Shown one piece after another: positions 1 through 9,460 of a stretch of 55,971 nt of DNA; positions within the stretch are counted from its first letter, which is position 1, and each line of letters opens with the position of its first letter. The notes under the pieces are model-generated. The model did not search any database and had not been told where the DNA came from. It worked only from the letters and a program-made list of their open reading frames with translations. Source of the stretch: Candidatus Dormibacteria bacterium (GTDB taxonomy: Bacteria > Chloroflexota > Dormibacteria > Aeolococcales > Aeolococcaceae); the NCBI GenBank assembly GCA_050015875.1, contig JBEKAP010000001.1, forward strand, positions 1 to 55,971, given 5' to 3'. Position numbers and translations under genes: made by a program.

Positions 1-351
1 CCCCCAGGAGATGGGCACGGGGGTGGCATTGCCGAGGGGCCCGTCACCGAGGCTGGCCGGACCCTGCCAGCCGTTCAGGTAGTACATCTGCCAGAGGCTG
101 CCGTCGGTGCCTCTCCAGAAGACCTCGAGATTGCCCACCCCCCAGGAGACCGGCTCGGGGTCGGACGCCAGGTTGCCGGAGGTGGTGAGCCGGTCGGGCC
201 CGTACCAGGTGCCGTTGATCGAGTACTCCTGATAGAGGTCGTTGTCGGTGCCGCGCCAGAAGACCTCCTCGTTGCCGGGGCCCCAGGAGATCGGCTGGGC
301 GGTGCCCGTCCCCAGCGTGGCTCCCAGCGACGCCGGGGCATGCCAGCCCGT
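1..351 (-). repeat. Blade repeats (at least 2 units, truncated by window edge) of the shared ~45-aa propeller module
   Basis: The translated units share the pattern SWG-x4-[LE]EVFWRGTD-x-[DS]L[YW]Q-x-Y-x-NG-W-x-GP with the modules at 1852-2772 and 20963-21919. Confidence 0.8.
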
Positions 352-1737
352 CCCGAAGGCGTTGATGTAGTCCGTCCCCCCCACGTAGAGCTGGCCGTTG
401 GCCGCCGACGGTGTGGTGAAGTGGGTCGAGCCGCTGATCGAGAGGGTCTGCTCCAGCTGGCCGGTGCCCGCCGAGAGGCCCAGCAGCTGATCGCCGCCTG
501 AGCTCACCGACCACACCAGGCCGCCCGCCACCGTGGGCGGGTGGTTGGCGACGCTCGCCGTGTTGTACCAGAGCGTCGAGAAGTCGTCATTGCTGGTCGC
601 GATCTGGACCGCGGCCATGCCGTCGCTGCAGCCGACGTAGACCACGCCGCTCGCGTATGCGAGGCTGCCGAAGGCCGCGTCGCCGGTCGCGTGGCAGACC
701 TGGTGCTCGGCGATCTGGCCCCCGATGTGGCCCAGGTCGGCGCTGTTGAGCAGGTAGCCGGTCCCGCCCTTGCCGACGATGAAGATTCGATCGTCGGGGA
801 GCTGGAGGGGGGAGGTGGATCCCAGGTCGGCGTCGTCGGCATTGAGCTGGTACCAGTTGCTGGGCGCGAAGTAGTCCACGGGCGCTCCGGGCGCCAGGTT
901 GTTGGGGTCGAGCTTGATCACGCCGTCGCCGTAGTCGTAGGGGTCCGTGGAGCTGTCCTGGTTGCTGTTGCCGGTGCTCACGTAGATGTAGCCGCTGGCG
1001 TCCTCGGAGATTCCCCCGGCCGACCAGTCCGCCCCCTGGCTGTCCCCCGGGGTCACCTCGCTGGAGGCCCACCAGGTCACGCTGCCGGACCCGCTCTCCG
1101 GGTAGCTCACCACGTAGCCGTGGTAGCCACCGCAGTCGCCGTCGTTGCCGCCCATGGGCACGTACACCCGCCCATCGGTGACCAGCAGGGCACCTCTATC
1201 CTCCATCGTCAGCGCCTCGTCGCTCCAGGTGATGCCCGACGGGTTGCTGTCATCGGGCGGGTCGATGTCGGTCTGCCAGTTCACCGCGCCCGTGGCGAGG
1301 CTGAGGCTGACCAGGTCGAAGTAGAAGCTGGAGGAGCTCGTCTGGATGTTGGCGACGGCGTAGACGTTGCCGCCGTCGACCACCGGGGTGCTGGTGATCC
1401 CCTGGGGATCGATGTCGCCGCAGGTGATCGCCGCTGTCCGCGGAGTGCCGAGGTGGGTGGACCACTCGATGGCCCCATCGGATGCCGCGAGCGAGTAGAC
1501 GGTGTTGTTCTCGGTGGCGACGATGACCTGACTGCCGACGATCACCGGCTGCGCGTAGGTGTCGCCGTCCAGCTTGGGCGAGGTCCACGCCGGCACCGGG
1601 TCGGCGAGACCCGGGTCGGAGGTGTCGTCCCCCTGGCGCGTGTTGTCGCCGTGGAAGGTGGGCCAGTCGGTGGCCGAGGCGTGGGTGGGAATCAGGGAGA
1701 GGAGGGCGAGAGCGCTGAGCACGACCAGCTTGCGCAC
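1..1737 (-). CDS. Secreted PQQ/BamB-like beta-propeller protein with C-terminal 'DVFW-GTDG-LW' blade repeats. The C-terminus runs off the left window edge.
   Basis: Absent from the supplied ORF track because there is no stop inside the window. The reverse-complement frame opens at GTG (1737-1735) and reads VRKLVVLSALALLSLIPTHASA (signal peptide). PQQ-like blades follow (GSQVIVATENNTVYSLAASDGAIEWS; GRVYVPMGG; GQLYVGGTDYINAF). From ~351 down to 1 come the repeats SWGPGNEEVFWRGTDNDLYQ and SWGVGNLEVFWRGTDGSLWQ. The frame stays open for 579 codons with G/C-rich third positions. Confidence 0.8.
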   Translation of the reverse strand, partial: MRKLVVLSALALLSLIPTHASATDWPTFHGDNTRQGDDTSDPGLADPVPAWTSPKLDGDTYAQPVIVGSQVIVATENNTVYSLAASDGAIEWSTHLGTPRTAAITCGDIDPQGITSTPVVDGGNVYAVANIQTSSSSFYFDLVSLSLATGAVNWQTDIDPPDDSNPSGITWSDEALTMEDRGALLVTDGRVYVPMGGNDGDCGGYHGYVVSYPESGSGSVTWWASSEVTPGDSQGADWSAGGISEDASGYIYVSTGNSNQDSSTDPYDYGDGVIKLDPNNLAPGAPVDYFAPSNWYQLNADDADLGSTSPLQLPDDRIFIVGKGGTGYLLNSADLGHIGGQIAEHQVCHATGDAAFGSLAYASGVVYVGCSDGMAAVQIATSNDDFSTLWYNTASVANHPPTVAGGLVWSVSSGGDQLLGLSAGTGQLEQTLSISGSTHFTTPSAANGQLYVGGTDYINAFGTGWHAPASLGATLGTGTAQPISWGPGNEEVFWRGTDNDLYQEYSINGTWYGPDRLTTSGNLASDPEPVSWGVGNLEVFWRGTDGSLWQMYYLNGWQGPASLGDGPLGNATPVPISWG

Positions 1738-1848
1738 CCACTCATGATCGCCGATCTGTTCGACCAGTCTGATGTGACAATCCTGTAACGACAAGAGCCG
1801 CCGCGACGGGGCTCCGGACGGCGTCGCCGGCGCGCCCCGGTCTCCCGA

Positions 1849-4299
1849 TCAGCTGGAGAAGGACGCCGTCCAGAGGTTGCCGTCGGTGCCCTTCCAGAAG
1901 ATGTCCATGTGCCCGTTGCCCCAGCTCGCGACGCTGGGCGCGGACCCCATCGGCCCGTCGCCGACGAGGAATGGGCCGTACCACCCCCCGGCGTAGAAGG
2001 CGTGGTCGAGGTTGGCCGAGGTGTCCTCCCAGAAGACGTCGATGTCGCCGGCGCTCGGTTCCACCGGGTCGGGGAGTGAGCTGACGGCGCTCGCCCCCAG
2101 GCTGTAGGTGCCGTGCCAGCCGTTGGCGTAGTACGCCTGCGAGACCCCGCCACCGGTCGTGCGCCAGAAGACGTCGAGCAGGCCGGTGCCGAAGGTCATC
2201 GGCTGAGGATCGGAGCCGAGCCCGCCGAAGCCGAGCGAACCGGGGCCGACCCAGCCGTTCACGTAGTAGTCCTGCCAGAGGCTGCCGTCGGTGCCCTTCC
2301 AGAAGACCTCCTCGTTGCCCGGCCCCCACGAGACGGGGTACGGGGTTCCGGCGACCGTCGACACGCCGGGCATCTGGACCGGCCCGTGCCAGCCGCTCGA
2401 GTAGTAGGCGTGCCAGAGGCTCGGGCTCCCGGTCCCCGCCCAGAAGACGTCCAGGTCACCGGGGCCCCAGGTCACCGCCTCGGGGGGCGAGCCGAGCGGG
2501 CCCATGCCCAGGTCCTGGGCCGCATGCCAGCTGCCGCTTCCGTAGTAGGCGTGCCAGAGGCCGCCGTCCGTCCCCTTGAAGAAGACGTCGATCTCGCCCG
2601 CGCCCCACGAGACGACCGATGGGTTGGAGGCCATCACTCCCGACCTGCTCAGGCTGGCGGGGCCGTACCACTGGCCGTCGACCTCCCACATGTGCCAGAG
2701 GCCGCCGTCGGTGCCCTCCCAGAAGACGTCGTCGAAGTTGGGCCCCCAGGAGACGGCCTGGGGAGCGCCGCCCAGTGGGCCGCCGCCCAGCCCGACGGGG
2801 ACACCCGGACCGGGTGCCGTGGGCGTGGTGCTGGCTCCGTGGGCGACGCTGAAGCTCTGGGTGATCGCGTTCCAGAGGTCGCTGCTCCCGGAGTCGTAGC
2901 CGAGCGCCCAGATGCCGATCCCGCGCAGCCCGTCGCTGTTGACCAGCGCGTACTTGTCGCCGAGCGACTGGGCGTTGTCGTAGTAGAGCTCGCGGTCGGA
3001 GCCGTGGTTTCCACCGCACGGGTCGGGGGGAGTGGCACCGCTCGCCGGGCTGGTCCAGGCGGCCCAAGGCGTCTCCGACGGTGTGTCCCAGGAGGGTCCC
3101 TGAAGGTTGTCCGGTGCGCCGGTGGTGCAGGCGAAGTCGGCCAGGATGCCGGAGTAGGTGACCGCGCTCACGTCCCCATCGCCGCCCCGTGGCGCGTTGA
3201 AGCCCTCGCCCGTGGTCGAGTAGACGTATCCGTAGTAGGGGATGCCGAGGATGATCTGGTAGCCCGGCACCAGGGAGAGATAGGCCTTGACCACCTGGCT
3301 GTCCGAATACGCCGTGTAGGGGACGGGATTCAGCGGGTCATTGGGAAGCGTCTGCCCGTAGTCGACGTCGTAGTCCATGACGTCGAAGGCGTCCACGTAG
3401 GGTCGGAGCGCGCTGATGTCCATCATCGTCCCGCCCTGGGCCGCGGAGGCGTAGGTGTCGACGGTGAGGTACGACTGGGTCGGGACCAGGGTGCGCAGCG
3501 CGTACTGGAGCTCGCCGACGAAGGTGGTGTAGTCGCTCGGCACCACCGCCGGGATGAGCCCCTCGAAGTCGAGGTTGACGCCGTCTCCGCCCCGGCTCTC
3601 GAGCTGCTCGACGATGTTGGTGATCGCCGTCTGCCGGTTGCTCTCGCTGCCCACCAGGGTCTCGATCGACGAGTTGTCCATGGTGATGGTGAGCACCACC
3701 CGATCGCCGGCGCTGTGGGCGGCGTTGATCAGGCTGGTCATCTGCGCGCTCCACCACCCCTGATAGCCGGAATCCTCGATGACGGTGCCGTTGGTGTTGA
3801 GGTTGAGGCTGTCGTAGGCGATGGTGGTCAGGTCGGCGAGCCGGAAGTCCGACTGCCAGTCCCCGCTCGTGACCTCGCCGACCTGGGCGAAGCCGAGGAT
3901 CTCCGGGTCGCGGGGCGCGGCCGGAGCGGCGGTCCCCTCGGATGTGGCGGGGAGCTCGGCTCCGTTCGACGCGCCCGAGCCGCCCGTCGAGACGGGGATG
4001 GGCGTCCGCGTGCCGAGGTCGATCTTGGGGTGGAGGAGCTTGCCGGCCTGGACGCCGGGGGCGATCCCCGCCTGGAGGGGGAGATCACTCTGATCGAAGA
4101 TCTGAGAGGGAGAGGTCTCGCCGGGCAGGACCTGGACCGTGCCGGGATGGGCGGGAAGGCCGGCGGGCGAGGGCGTCGAGGCGTCGGCCACCACGACCGG
4201 CGAGGCGGTCGCGGCCAGAGCGGCCAGGCCGGTCACGCCCGCCAGCAGGAGGCTCATCCGTCGCATGAGCGAGACCTTGCCGGAAGGCCGGAGAAGCAT
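1849..4299 (-). CDS. Secreted GH18-family glycoside hydrolase (YaaH/chitinase-like) fused to a seven-blade repeat module
   Basis: 816-aa ORF. A signal peptide is most convincing from the internal Met at 4266 (MRRMSLLLAGVTGLAALAATASP). The GH18 catalytic block is GGDGVNLDFEG (a DxxDxDxE variant with Glu retained), with GIWALGYD near the barrel end. The C-terminal ~305 aa are 7 tandem repeats. Confidence 0.9.
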   Translation of the reverse strand: MLLRPSGKVSLMRRMSLLLAGVTGLAALAATASPVVVADASTPSPAGLPAHPGTVQVLPGETSPSQIFDQSDLPLQAGIAPGVQAGKLLHPKIDLGTRTPIPVSTGGSGASNGAELPATSEGTAAPAAPRDPEILGFAQVGEVTSGDWQSDFRLADLTTIAYDSLNLNTNGTVIEDSGYQGWWSAQMTSLINAAHSAGDRVVLTITMDNSSIETLVGSESNRQTAITNIVEQLESRGGDGVNLDFEGLIPAVVPSDYTTFVGELQYALRTLVPTQSYLTVDTYASAAQGGTMMDISALRPYVDAFDVMDYDVDYGQTLPNDPLNPVPYTAYSDSQVVKAYLSLVPGYQIILGIPYYGYVYSTTGEGFNAPRGGDGDVSAVTYSGILADFACTTGAPDNLQGPSWDTPSETPWAAWTSPASGATPPDPCGGNHGSDRELYYDNAQSLGDKYALVNSDGLRGIGIWALGYDSGSSDLWNAITQSFSVAHGASTTPTAPGPGVPVGLGGGPLGGAPQAVSWGPNFDDVFWEGTDGGLWHMWEVDGQWYGPASLSRSGVMASNPSVVSWGAGEIDVFFKGTDGGLWHAYYGSGSWHAAQDLGMGPLGSPPEAVTWGPGDLDVFWAGTGSPSLWHAYYSSGWHGPVQMPGVSTVAGTPYPVSWGPGNEEVFWKGTDGSLWQDYYVNGWVGPGSLGFGGLGSDPQPMTFGTGLLDVFWRTTGGGVSQAYYANGWHGTYSLGASAVSSLPDPVEPSAGDIDVFWEDTSANLDHAFYAGGWYGPFLVGDGPMGSAPSVASWGNGHMDIFWKGTDGNLWTASFSS
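1852..2772 (-). repeat. Seven tandem ~45-aa blade repeats (heptabladed propeller module, DUF346/PLL-like by eye)
   Basis: The seven core motifs are NFDDVFWEGTDGGLWH, EIDVFFKGTDGGLWH, DLDVFWAGTGSPSLWH, NEEVFWKGTDGSLWQ, LLDVFWRTTGGGVSQ, DIDVFWEDTSANLDH and HMDIFWKGTDGNLWT. Each is followed by x-Y-x3-5-W-x-GP-x-LG. Confidence 0.85.
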
Positions 4300-4508
4300 G
4301 GAGCTATCAATTCAGCCGTCACATCGTCGTAGCGCGTTCATCACAGCACCCGGAGACTCGACGCATTATGGCGGGCGGATCCGGCGATTGCTATGATCGC
4401 GCGGAATTCCAGTCCTTTGGCGCCGGCACAATTGCCGCCGGCAAATCGTGGAGAGGAACCGCGTGCGAGGACGCAGAATCGGCTGCGACGACACGGGGCG
4501 CGGATGAG

Positions 4509-5597
4509 ATGAAGGGTCTGATCCTGAGCGGCGGCAAGGGCACGCGCCTGCGCCCGATCACCCACACGAGCGCAAAGCAGCTCATCCCCATCGCCAACAA
4601 GCCGATCCTCTTCTACGCCATCGAGGCCATCGTCGCCGCCGGCATCACCGAGATCGGGATCATCACCGGGGAGACCGGCGCCGAGGTGCGGGCTGCGGTC
4701 GGCGATGGGTCCGCATTCGGCGCTCGCTGCACCTACATCCCGCAGGAGGCGCCCAAGGGGCTCGCCCACGCGGTGCTGACGGCCCGGGAGTTTGTCGGCG
4801 ACAGCAGCTTCGTCATGTACCTGGGCGACAACCTGGTACGCCACGGCATCGTCCCCGTGGTCCAGGAATTCGAGCGCATTCGCCCCGACGCCATGATCCT
4901 GCTCGCCCAGGTGGCGGAGCCGCAGCACTTCGGGGTGGCCGAGGTCGTCGACGGTCGCGTGATCCGGCTCGTCGAGAAGCCCGCGATCCCGAAGTCCGAC
5001 CTCGCCCTGGTGGGTGTGTACCTCTTCACGCCGGCCATCTTCGAGGCCGCTTCGTCCATCGCCTACTCGGCGCGCGGTGAGCTGGAGATCACCGATGCCA
5101 TCCAGCGGATGATCGACACCGGGGGCGGCGTCGCCCCGCACCTGATCACCTCGCGGCACGAGGCCTCGGTCGCGACCTGGAAGGACACGGGCCGGCTCGA
5201 GGACCTGCTCGAGGCCAACCGCATCGTCCTGGACGACATGGAGCCCCGCGCCGCAGCGGGAGGGATGGCCGACGACGTCCGCCTCGAGGGCAAGGTGATC
5301 GTCGAGGCCGGCGCCGAGCTGCGCAACTGCACGGTGCGGGGCCCGGCGATCATCGGCCAGCGGACCGTCATCGACGATGCCTACATCGGTCCGTACACCT
5401 CCATCTACCATGGCTGCACGGTCCGGCGCGCGGAGATCGAGCACTCGATCATCCTCGAGGATGTGCGCATCGAGGACGTGACCGGGAAGATCGAGTCGTC
5501 GCTCATCGGCAGGGGCTGCGTGGTCCACGAGTCCAGCCGGCGGCCGCACGGGTACCGGCTCATGCTCGGCGACCACTCGCAGATCGAGCTGGGGTGA
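4509..5597 (+). CDS. Sugar-1-phosphate nucleotidylyltransferase, long-form glucose-1-phosphate thymidylyltransferase type (N-terminal NTP-transferase plus C-terminal left-handed beta-helix)
   Basis: ORF 4368-5597 trimmed to the ATG at 4509. The protein begins MKGLILSGGKGTRLRPITHTSAKQLIPIANKP (G-G-x-G-T-R-L plus KQL motif). The C-terminus shows hexapeptide-like periodicity (IIGQRTVIDDAYIGPYTSIYHGCTV...). Confidence 0.85.
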   Translation: MKGLILSGGKGTRLRPITHTSAKQLIPIANKPILFYAIEAIVAAGITEIGIITGETGAEVRAAVGDGSAFGARCTYIPQEAPKGLAHAVLTAREFVGDSSFVMYLGDNLVRHGIVPVVQEFERIRPDAMILLAQVAEPQHFGVAEVVDGRVIRLVEKPAIPKSDLALVGVYLFTPAIFEAASSIAYSARGELEITDAIQRMIDTGGGVAPHLITSRHEASVATWKDTGRLEDLLEANRIVLDDMEPRAAAGGMADDVRLEGKVIVEAGAELRNCTVRGPAIIGQRTVIDDAYIGPYTSIYHGCTVRRAEIEHSIILEDVRIEDVTGKIESSLIGRGCVVHESSRRPHGYRLMLGDHSQIELG

Positions 5598-5645
5598 GCT
5601 GAGCCCTCCTCCCCGGGAGACGACCCTGCCCCGGAGGCCGGGCGG

Positions 5646-6935
5646 TCAGCGCACGGTCAGCTGCACCGACCAGCCCGGGGGATTGATCGGCTCGACGAAC
5701 GTCGAACCCGGAGCGGCCGAGCCGAGGCGGTCGGCGTACGTGGCCGGGTGGTCGTTCTGGAAGGGTGGGTACTGCCAGGCTGTCACCAGCCCCACCGCCA
5801 TGGCGGCCACGACCAGCCCGACCCCGATCACCCCGCCGTCGACCCGCCGGGGCAGGCGCGGGCGCCAGCGGGTCACCGCCCAGAGCAGGCAGGCGAGCCA
5901 CGCGCACTCGGCCAGGACGAAGTAGCGCTGGGCGACCCCGGCCGTGTCGATCAGGGGCCACTGCGGCTGGGTGGCGACGAGCGGCGAGGCGAGCCCGGCG
6001 ATGAGGACGCCGGCGGCCACCAGGGTGAAGAGGCGGAGCGCCTCCGGACCGCGGATCAGGGCTGTGACCACGACGACGCCGGCCACGAGGTCGATCAGAC
6101 CCGAGACGGCGCCCATCCCGGCTCCGGGGGTCAGGAAGACGACGTGAGTCCAGTCCTGGGCAAAGAGGCCGTCGAGGACCACCTTGTTGGCGAGGATCTC
6201 GAGCAGGAGGGACGGGGTGGCCCCGAGCGGACCGACCGCCGGCCGCCCGCCTCCATGGATGGCCCAGACCTGGACCGCGTCGCAGAGCAGGCAGAGGCCG
6301 CCGAGGAGGAGCAGCCACCGCTCCCGGGCGCCCAACCATCGGATCCCGAGCACCAGGATGAGGAGGAAGCCGAAGGGGCCGGTGAGGGCGGAGAGCGCCA
6401 CGGTGACGGCGTCGAACGCTCGCCAGACCCGGCCGGACGGGACCCTCGCCACCACCACCAGGGTCGCGAGCACCGCCAGGTGCCACTGGGCGTTGGTCAG
6501 GTTGGCGTTGACCTCGAAGGAGGGGATGAGGAGGTAGACCGCGGCCAGCGCCACCCGGCCGGGCAGCGGGGCGGCGTCATCCAGACGCGAGGTGAGGAGG
6601 AAGAGGGCCGGTGCCACCTGGACGGCGATCGCGACCAGGTTGAAGGCGAGCGGAGCCCAGCGCAGCCCGAGCGGGGTGAAGAGCGCGGCGATCAGCCGGG
6701 AGAAGAGCTGGAGATAGCCGTTGTAGGGGGTGAGGAGCGAGGCGAACCCGCCGTGGTTGTAGGCGGTGGCGAACCAGACGGTGCCGTCCTCGGCCCAGAA
6801 CTGGGCGTTGGTCACGGCGTCGGGACGTCGGGAGACCACGATCGCCACGGCCGCCAGCGCCGCCAGCGGCCAGGCCCATCGCGGAAGGTGTCTCGCGCGT
6901 GCCGGAGAGGCGGCGGTCGCCGATCCGGAGCTCAC
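5646..6935 (-). CDS. Polytopic integral membrane protein of unknown function (candidate GT-C-like or polymer-handling protein)
   Basis: 429-aa ORF with more than 9 hydrophobic segments and the motif NAQFWAEDGTVWF after the first TM. G/C-rich third positions. Embedded between nucleotide-sugar genes. Confidence 0.7.
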   Translation of the reverse strand: MSSGSATAASPARARHLPRWAWPLAALAAVAIVVSRRPDAVTNAQFWAEDGTVWFATAYNHGGFASLLTPYNGYLQLFSRLIAALFTPLGLRWAPLAFNLVAIAVQVAPALFLLTSRLDDAAPLPGRVALAAVYLLIPSFEVNANLTNAQWHLAVLATLVVVARVPSGRVWRAFDAVTVALSALTGPFGFLLILVLGIRWLGARERWLLLLGGLCLLCDAVQVWAIHGGGRPAVGPLGATPSLLLEILANKVVLDGLFAQDWTHVVFLTPGAGMGAVSGLIDLVAGVVVVTALIRGPEALRLFTLVAAGVLIAGLASPLVATQPQWPLIDTAGVAQRYFVLAECAWLACLLWAVTRWRPRLPRRVDGGVIGVGLVVAAMAVGLVTAWQYPPFQNDHPATYADRLGSAAPGSTFVEPINPPGWSVQLTVR

Positions 6936-6995
6936 CGGTGGGGCCCGCCCCCGGGCCTCGGCTGGAGCGCACCGCAGGCTGGCATGAGGAGTCCG

Positions 6996-8021
6996 TCAGA
7001 TGGAGCCTGCCGCCAGCGCCTGCGCCACCCAGGGGACGACCTCGTCGAGCATGGCGTCGAGGCCGGTCGTGGCCTCGAAGCCGAGCACCTCGCGGGCCTT
7101 CTCCACCGAGGGGACGCGCCGCTGCACGTCGTGCGCGAACGGGGGGTCGGTGACGTACCGGAAGGGGACGCCCGGGCCGTGGACCCGCGCCCAGATCTTC
7201 TCCGCCAGCTCCAGCACGGTCGTCGACTGGGCGGTCGAGAGGTTGAAGTCCTGATTGCGCGCGAGCGGATGCCCCATGGCGAGCACGATGCCCCGGGCCA
7301 GGTCGCCGCCGTACGTGTAGTGACGCACCTGGTGGCCGTCGCCCAGGATGTGGAGCGGGTCCTGACCCTTCAGCGCCTTCTGGACGAGATCGGGGACGAC
7401 GTGACTCATCGCCAGCTTGACGTTCCCGCTCAGGATCTCGACATCGCCGAGGGCGCGGCCCTCTCCCACGCCGACGCAGTTGAAGGGGCGGACGATCGTG
7501 TAGGGGAGCTGGTGCTGATCCCAGGCGGCGCGCGCGAAGTACTCCACCGCGAGCTTCTGGAAACCGTACGAGGAGGCGGGTGGCGGGATCCGCTTCTCCT
7601 GCCCCTCGACCGACGGCCAGGAGTCCGCGGCCTCGAACACCATCGAGGAGCTGATGTAGGTCACCTTCTCGAGGTGGTGGTGCCGGTGGGCCTCGATCGC
7701 CGCGTCGCAGGAGGCGGCGATGATCCGCTCGTTGGTCGCCAGCAGGTCGTACGCGTAGGTGTGGAAGTAGGAGATCCCGCCGATCATGGCGGCGCCGGCG
7801 ATGAGGTGGTCGCAGTCGCTGAGGAGCCCGAGCAGCAGGTCGGAGTCGCGGGCGTCGCCGTCGACGAATCGATAGCCGGGCTCGTGGTCGTACGACCGGG
7901 TGACCGGGCCGTACTTGGAGAGGTTGTCGACGCCGACGACGTCGTGACCGGCCCGGAGCAGCTCCTGGACGACGTAGCCACCGATGAAGCCGGCCGATCC
8001 GGTGACCAGAACCCTCGACAT
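6996..8021 (-). CDS. NAD-dependent nucleotide-sugar epimerase/dehydratase (extended SDR)
   Basis: ORF 6996-8162 trimmed to the Met at 8021. The protein begins MSRVLVTGSAGFIGGYVVQELL (GxxGxxG). The YxxxK motif lies in SSYGFQKLAVE. Confidence 0.9.
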   Translation of the reverse strand: MSRVLVTGSAGFIGGYVVQELLRAGHDVVGVDNLSKYGPVTRSYDHEPGYRFVDGDARDSDLLLGLLSDCDHLIAGAAMIGGISYFHTYAYDLLATNERIIAASCDAAIEAHRHHHLEKVTYISSSMVFEAADSWPSVEGQEKRIPPPASSYGFQKLAVEYFARAAWDQHQLPYTIVRPFNCVGVGEGRALGDVEILSGNVKLAMSHVVPDLVQKALKGQDPLHILGDGHQVRHYTYGGDLARGIVLAMGHPLARNQDFNLSTAQSTTVLELAEKIWARVHGPGVPFRYVTDPPFAHDVQRRVPSVEKAREVLGFEATTGLDAMLDEVVPWVAQALAAGSI

Positions 8022-8260
8022 CCTGCGCTCTCTCCCCGACCGCTGTCCGGCCGGCGAACCGCGCGAGCGGCCGTCCCGAGACGGGCCGATGCTACCAAAT
8101 GCGAGACGCCACGACCGGTGAGCCCGGGATTCCCGGCAGGGATAGTCGGTGGACGCTCCCATCTGAGGCTCGCCGAGCCGAACGGTTCGGCCGGGCCAAG
8201 CGCCGCTGCGTATACTCGTCGCCCAGACTTCGCGCCGCCGGCCCGGCGGTGCGCGAGGAT

Positions 8261-9460
8261 ATGCGGATGCCTTTTCAACGCGACGTCGCCATCCTGGGTG
8301 GCTGTGGCCACGTGGGTCTGCCCCTCGGCCTCGCCTTCGCCGAGCGCGGCCTCACGGTCGCGCTGCACGACATCAACGCGAGCGCGGTGGAGGCCGTCGG
8401 CCAGGGCAGGATGCCGTTTCGCGAGCAGGGCGCCGATGCGCTGCTGCCGCAGCTGCTGGAGACGGGGCGCCTGACCGTCACCACCGACCCGGCGGTGCTC
8501 GGCACCGCCGAGACCGTCATCGTCATCGTCGGCACCCCGGTCGATCAATTCCTCAACCCTGACGTCGGCGCGGTGCTGAGGGCCCTGGAGCCCGAGCTGC
8601 CGCGGCTCGTGGACGGCCAGCTGCTGGTCCTGCGCAGCACGGTCTACCCCGGCGTCACCGCGATGATCGAGAAGCGGGTGGCGGCGCTGGACGTGGATCT
8701 CGACGTCGCCTTCTGTCCGGAGCGGATCGCCGAGGGTCATGCGCTGACCGAGCTCAGATCGCTGCCCCAGATCGTGGCCGCGCGCACCCCTCGGGCCACG
8801 GAACGCGCGACCCGGCTCTTCCGGCACCTCGCGTCCGAGATCGTCGAGCTGAGCCCCGAGGAGGCGGAGCTCGCCAAGCTCTTCACCAACACCTGGCGCT
8901 ACATCAAGTTCGCCACCGCCAATCAGCTCTACATGATCGCCAACGACTTCGGTCTGGACTTCGAGCGCATCCGCCACGCCGTGACCTACCAGTATCCGCG
9001 CGCGGCCGACATGCCCGGAGCGGGATTTGCGGCGGGGCCGTGCCTCTTCAAGGACACGATGCAGATCGCCGCCTTCGACAACAACAATTTCACGCTGGGC
9101 CATGCCAGCGTCATGATCAACGAGGGACTGCCGCTCTATGTGGTGAGCCAGCTCTCCCGACGCTACGAGCTCGCGGAGATGACGGTCGGGATCCTGGGCA
9201 TGGCATTCAAGGGCGGCTCCGACGATCCCCGCCAGAGCCTCAGCTACAAGCTGAAGCGACTCCTCTCCATCAAGGCGCGCCGGGTACTCTGCACCGACCC
9301 CTACGTGACCGTCGACGCCGACCTCACCCCGCTCGACGCGGTGCTGCGGGATGCCGATCTGCTGATCGTCGCCACTCCGCATCCGGATTACGCGACGCTC
9401 GAGCCGCGGGTGCCCATCGTGGATCTCTTCAACGTCCTCGGTCGCGGGGTGCGCGTGTGA
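8261..9460 (+). CDS. Nucleotide-sugar 6-dehydrogenase (UDP-glucose/GDP-mannose dehydrogenase family)
   Basis: ORF 8099-9460 trimmed to the ATG at 8261. Rossmann motif VAILGGCGHVGLPLGLAFA. Catalytic-Cys region GFAAGPCLFKDT. The C-terminal UDP-binding-like region has GMAFKGGSDDPRQS. Confidence 0.85.
   Translation: MRMPFQRDVAILGGCGHVGLPLGLAFAERGLTVALHDINASAVEAVGQGRMPFREQGADALLPQLLETGRLTVTTDPAVLGTAETVIVIVGTPVDQFLNPDVGAVLRALEPELPRLVDGQLLVLRSTVYPGVTAMIEKRVAALDVDLDVAFCPERIAEGHALTELRSLPQIVAARTPRATERATRLFRHLASEIVELSPEEAELAKLFTNTWRYIKFATANQLYMIANDFGLDFERIRHAVTYQYPRAADMPGAGFAAGPCLFKDTMQIAAFDNNNFTLGHASVMINEGLPLYVVSQLSRRYELAEMTVGILGMAFKGGSDDPRQSLSYKLKRLLSIKARRVLCTDPYVTVDADLTPLDAVLRDADLLIVATPHPDYATLEPRVPIVDLFNVLGRGVRV

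Noticed and set aside
541-4332. Long plus-strand ORFs 541-1788 (415 aa) and 2113-4332 (739 aa)
   Set aside because: They are antisense to the PQQ-propeller and GH18 genes, have Gly/Arg/Val/Asp-rich low-complexity translations, and lack signal peptides or motifs.
5748-8474. 908-aa plus-strand ORF, the third longest in the track
   Set aside because: It runs antisense through two well-supported minus-strand genes (the membrane protein at 5646-6935 and the SDR at 6996-8021). Its composition is Arg/Gly/Pro/Asp/Glu-rich and low in complexity, with no motifs. This is a typical off-frame open stretch in ~70% GC DNA.
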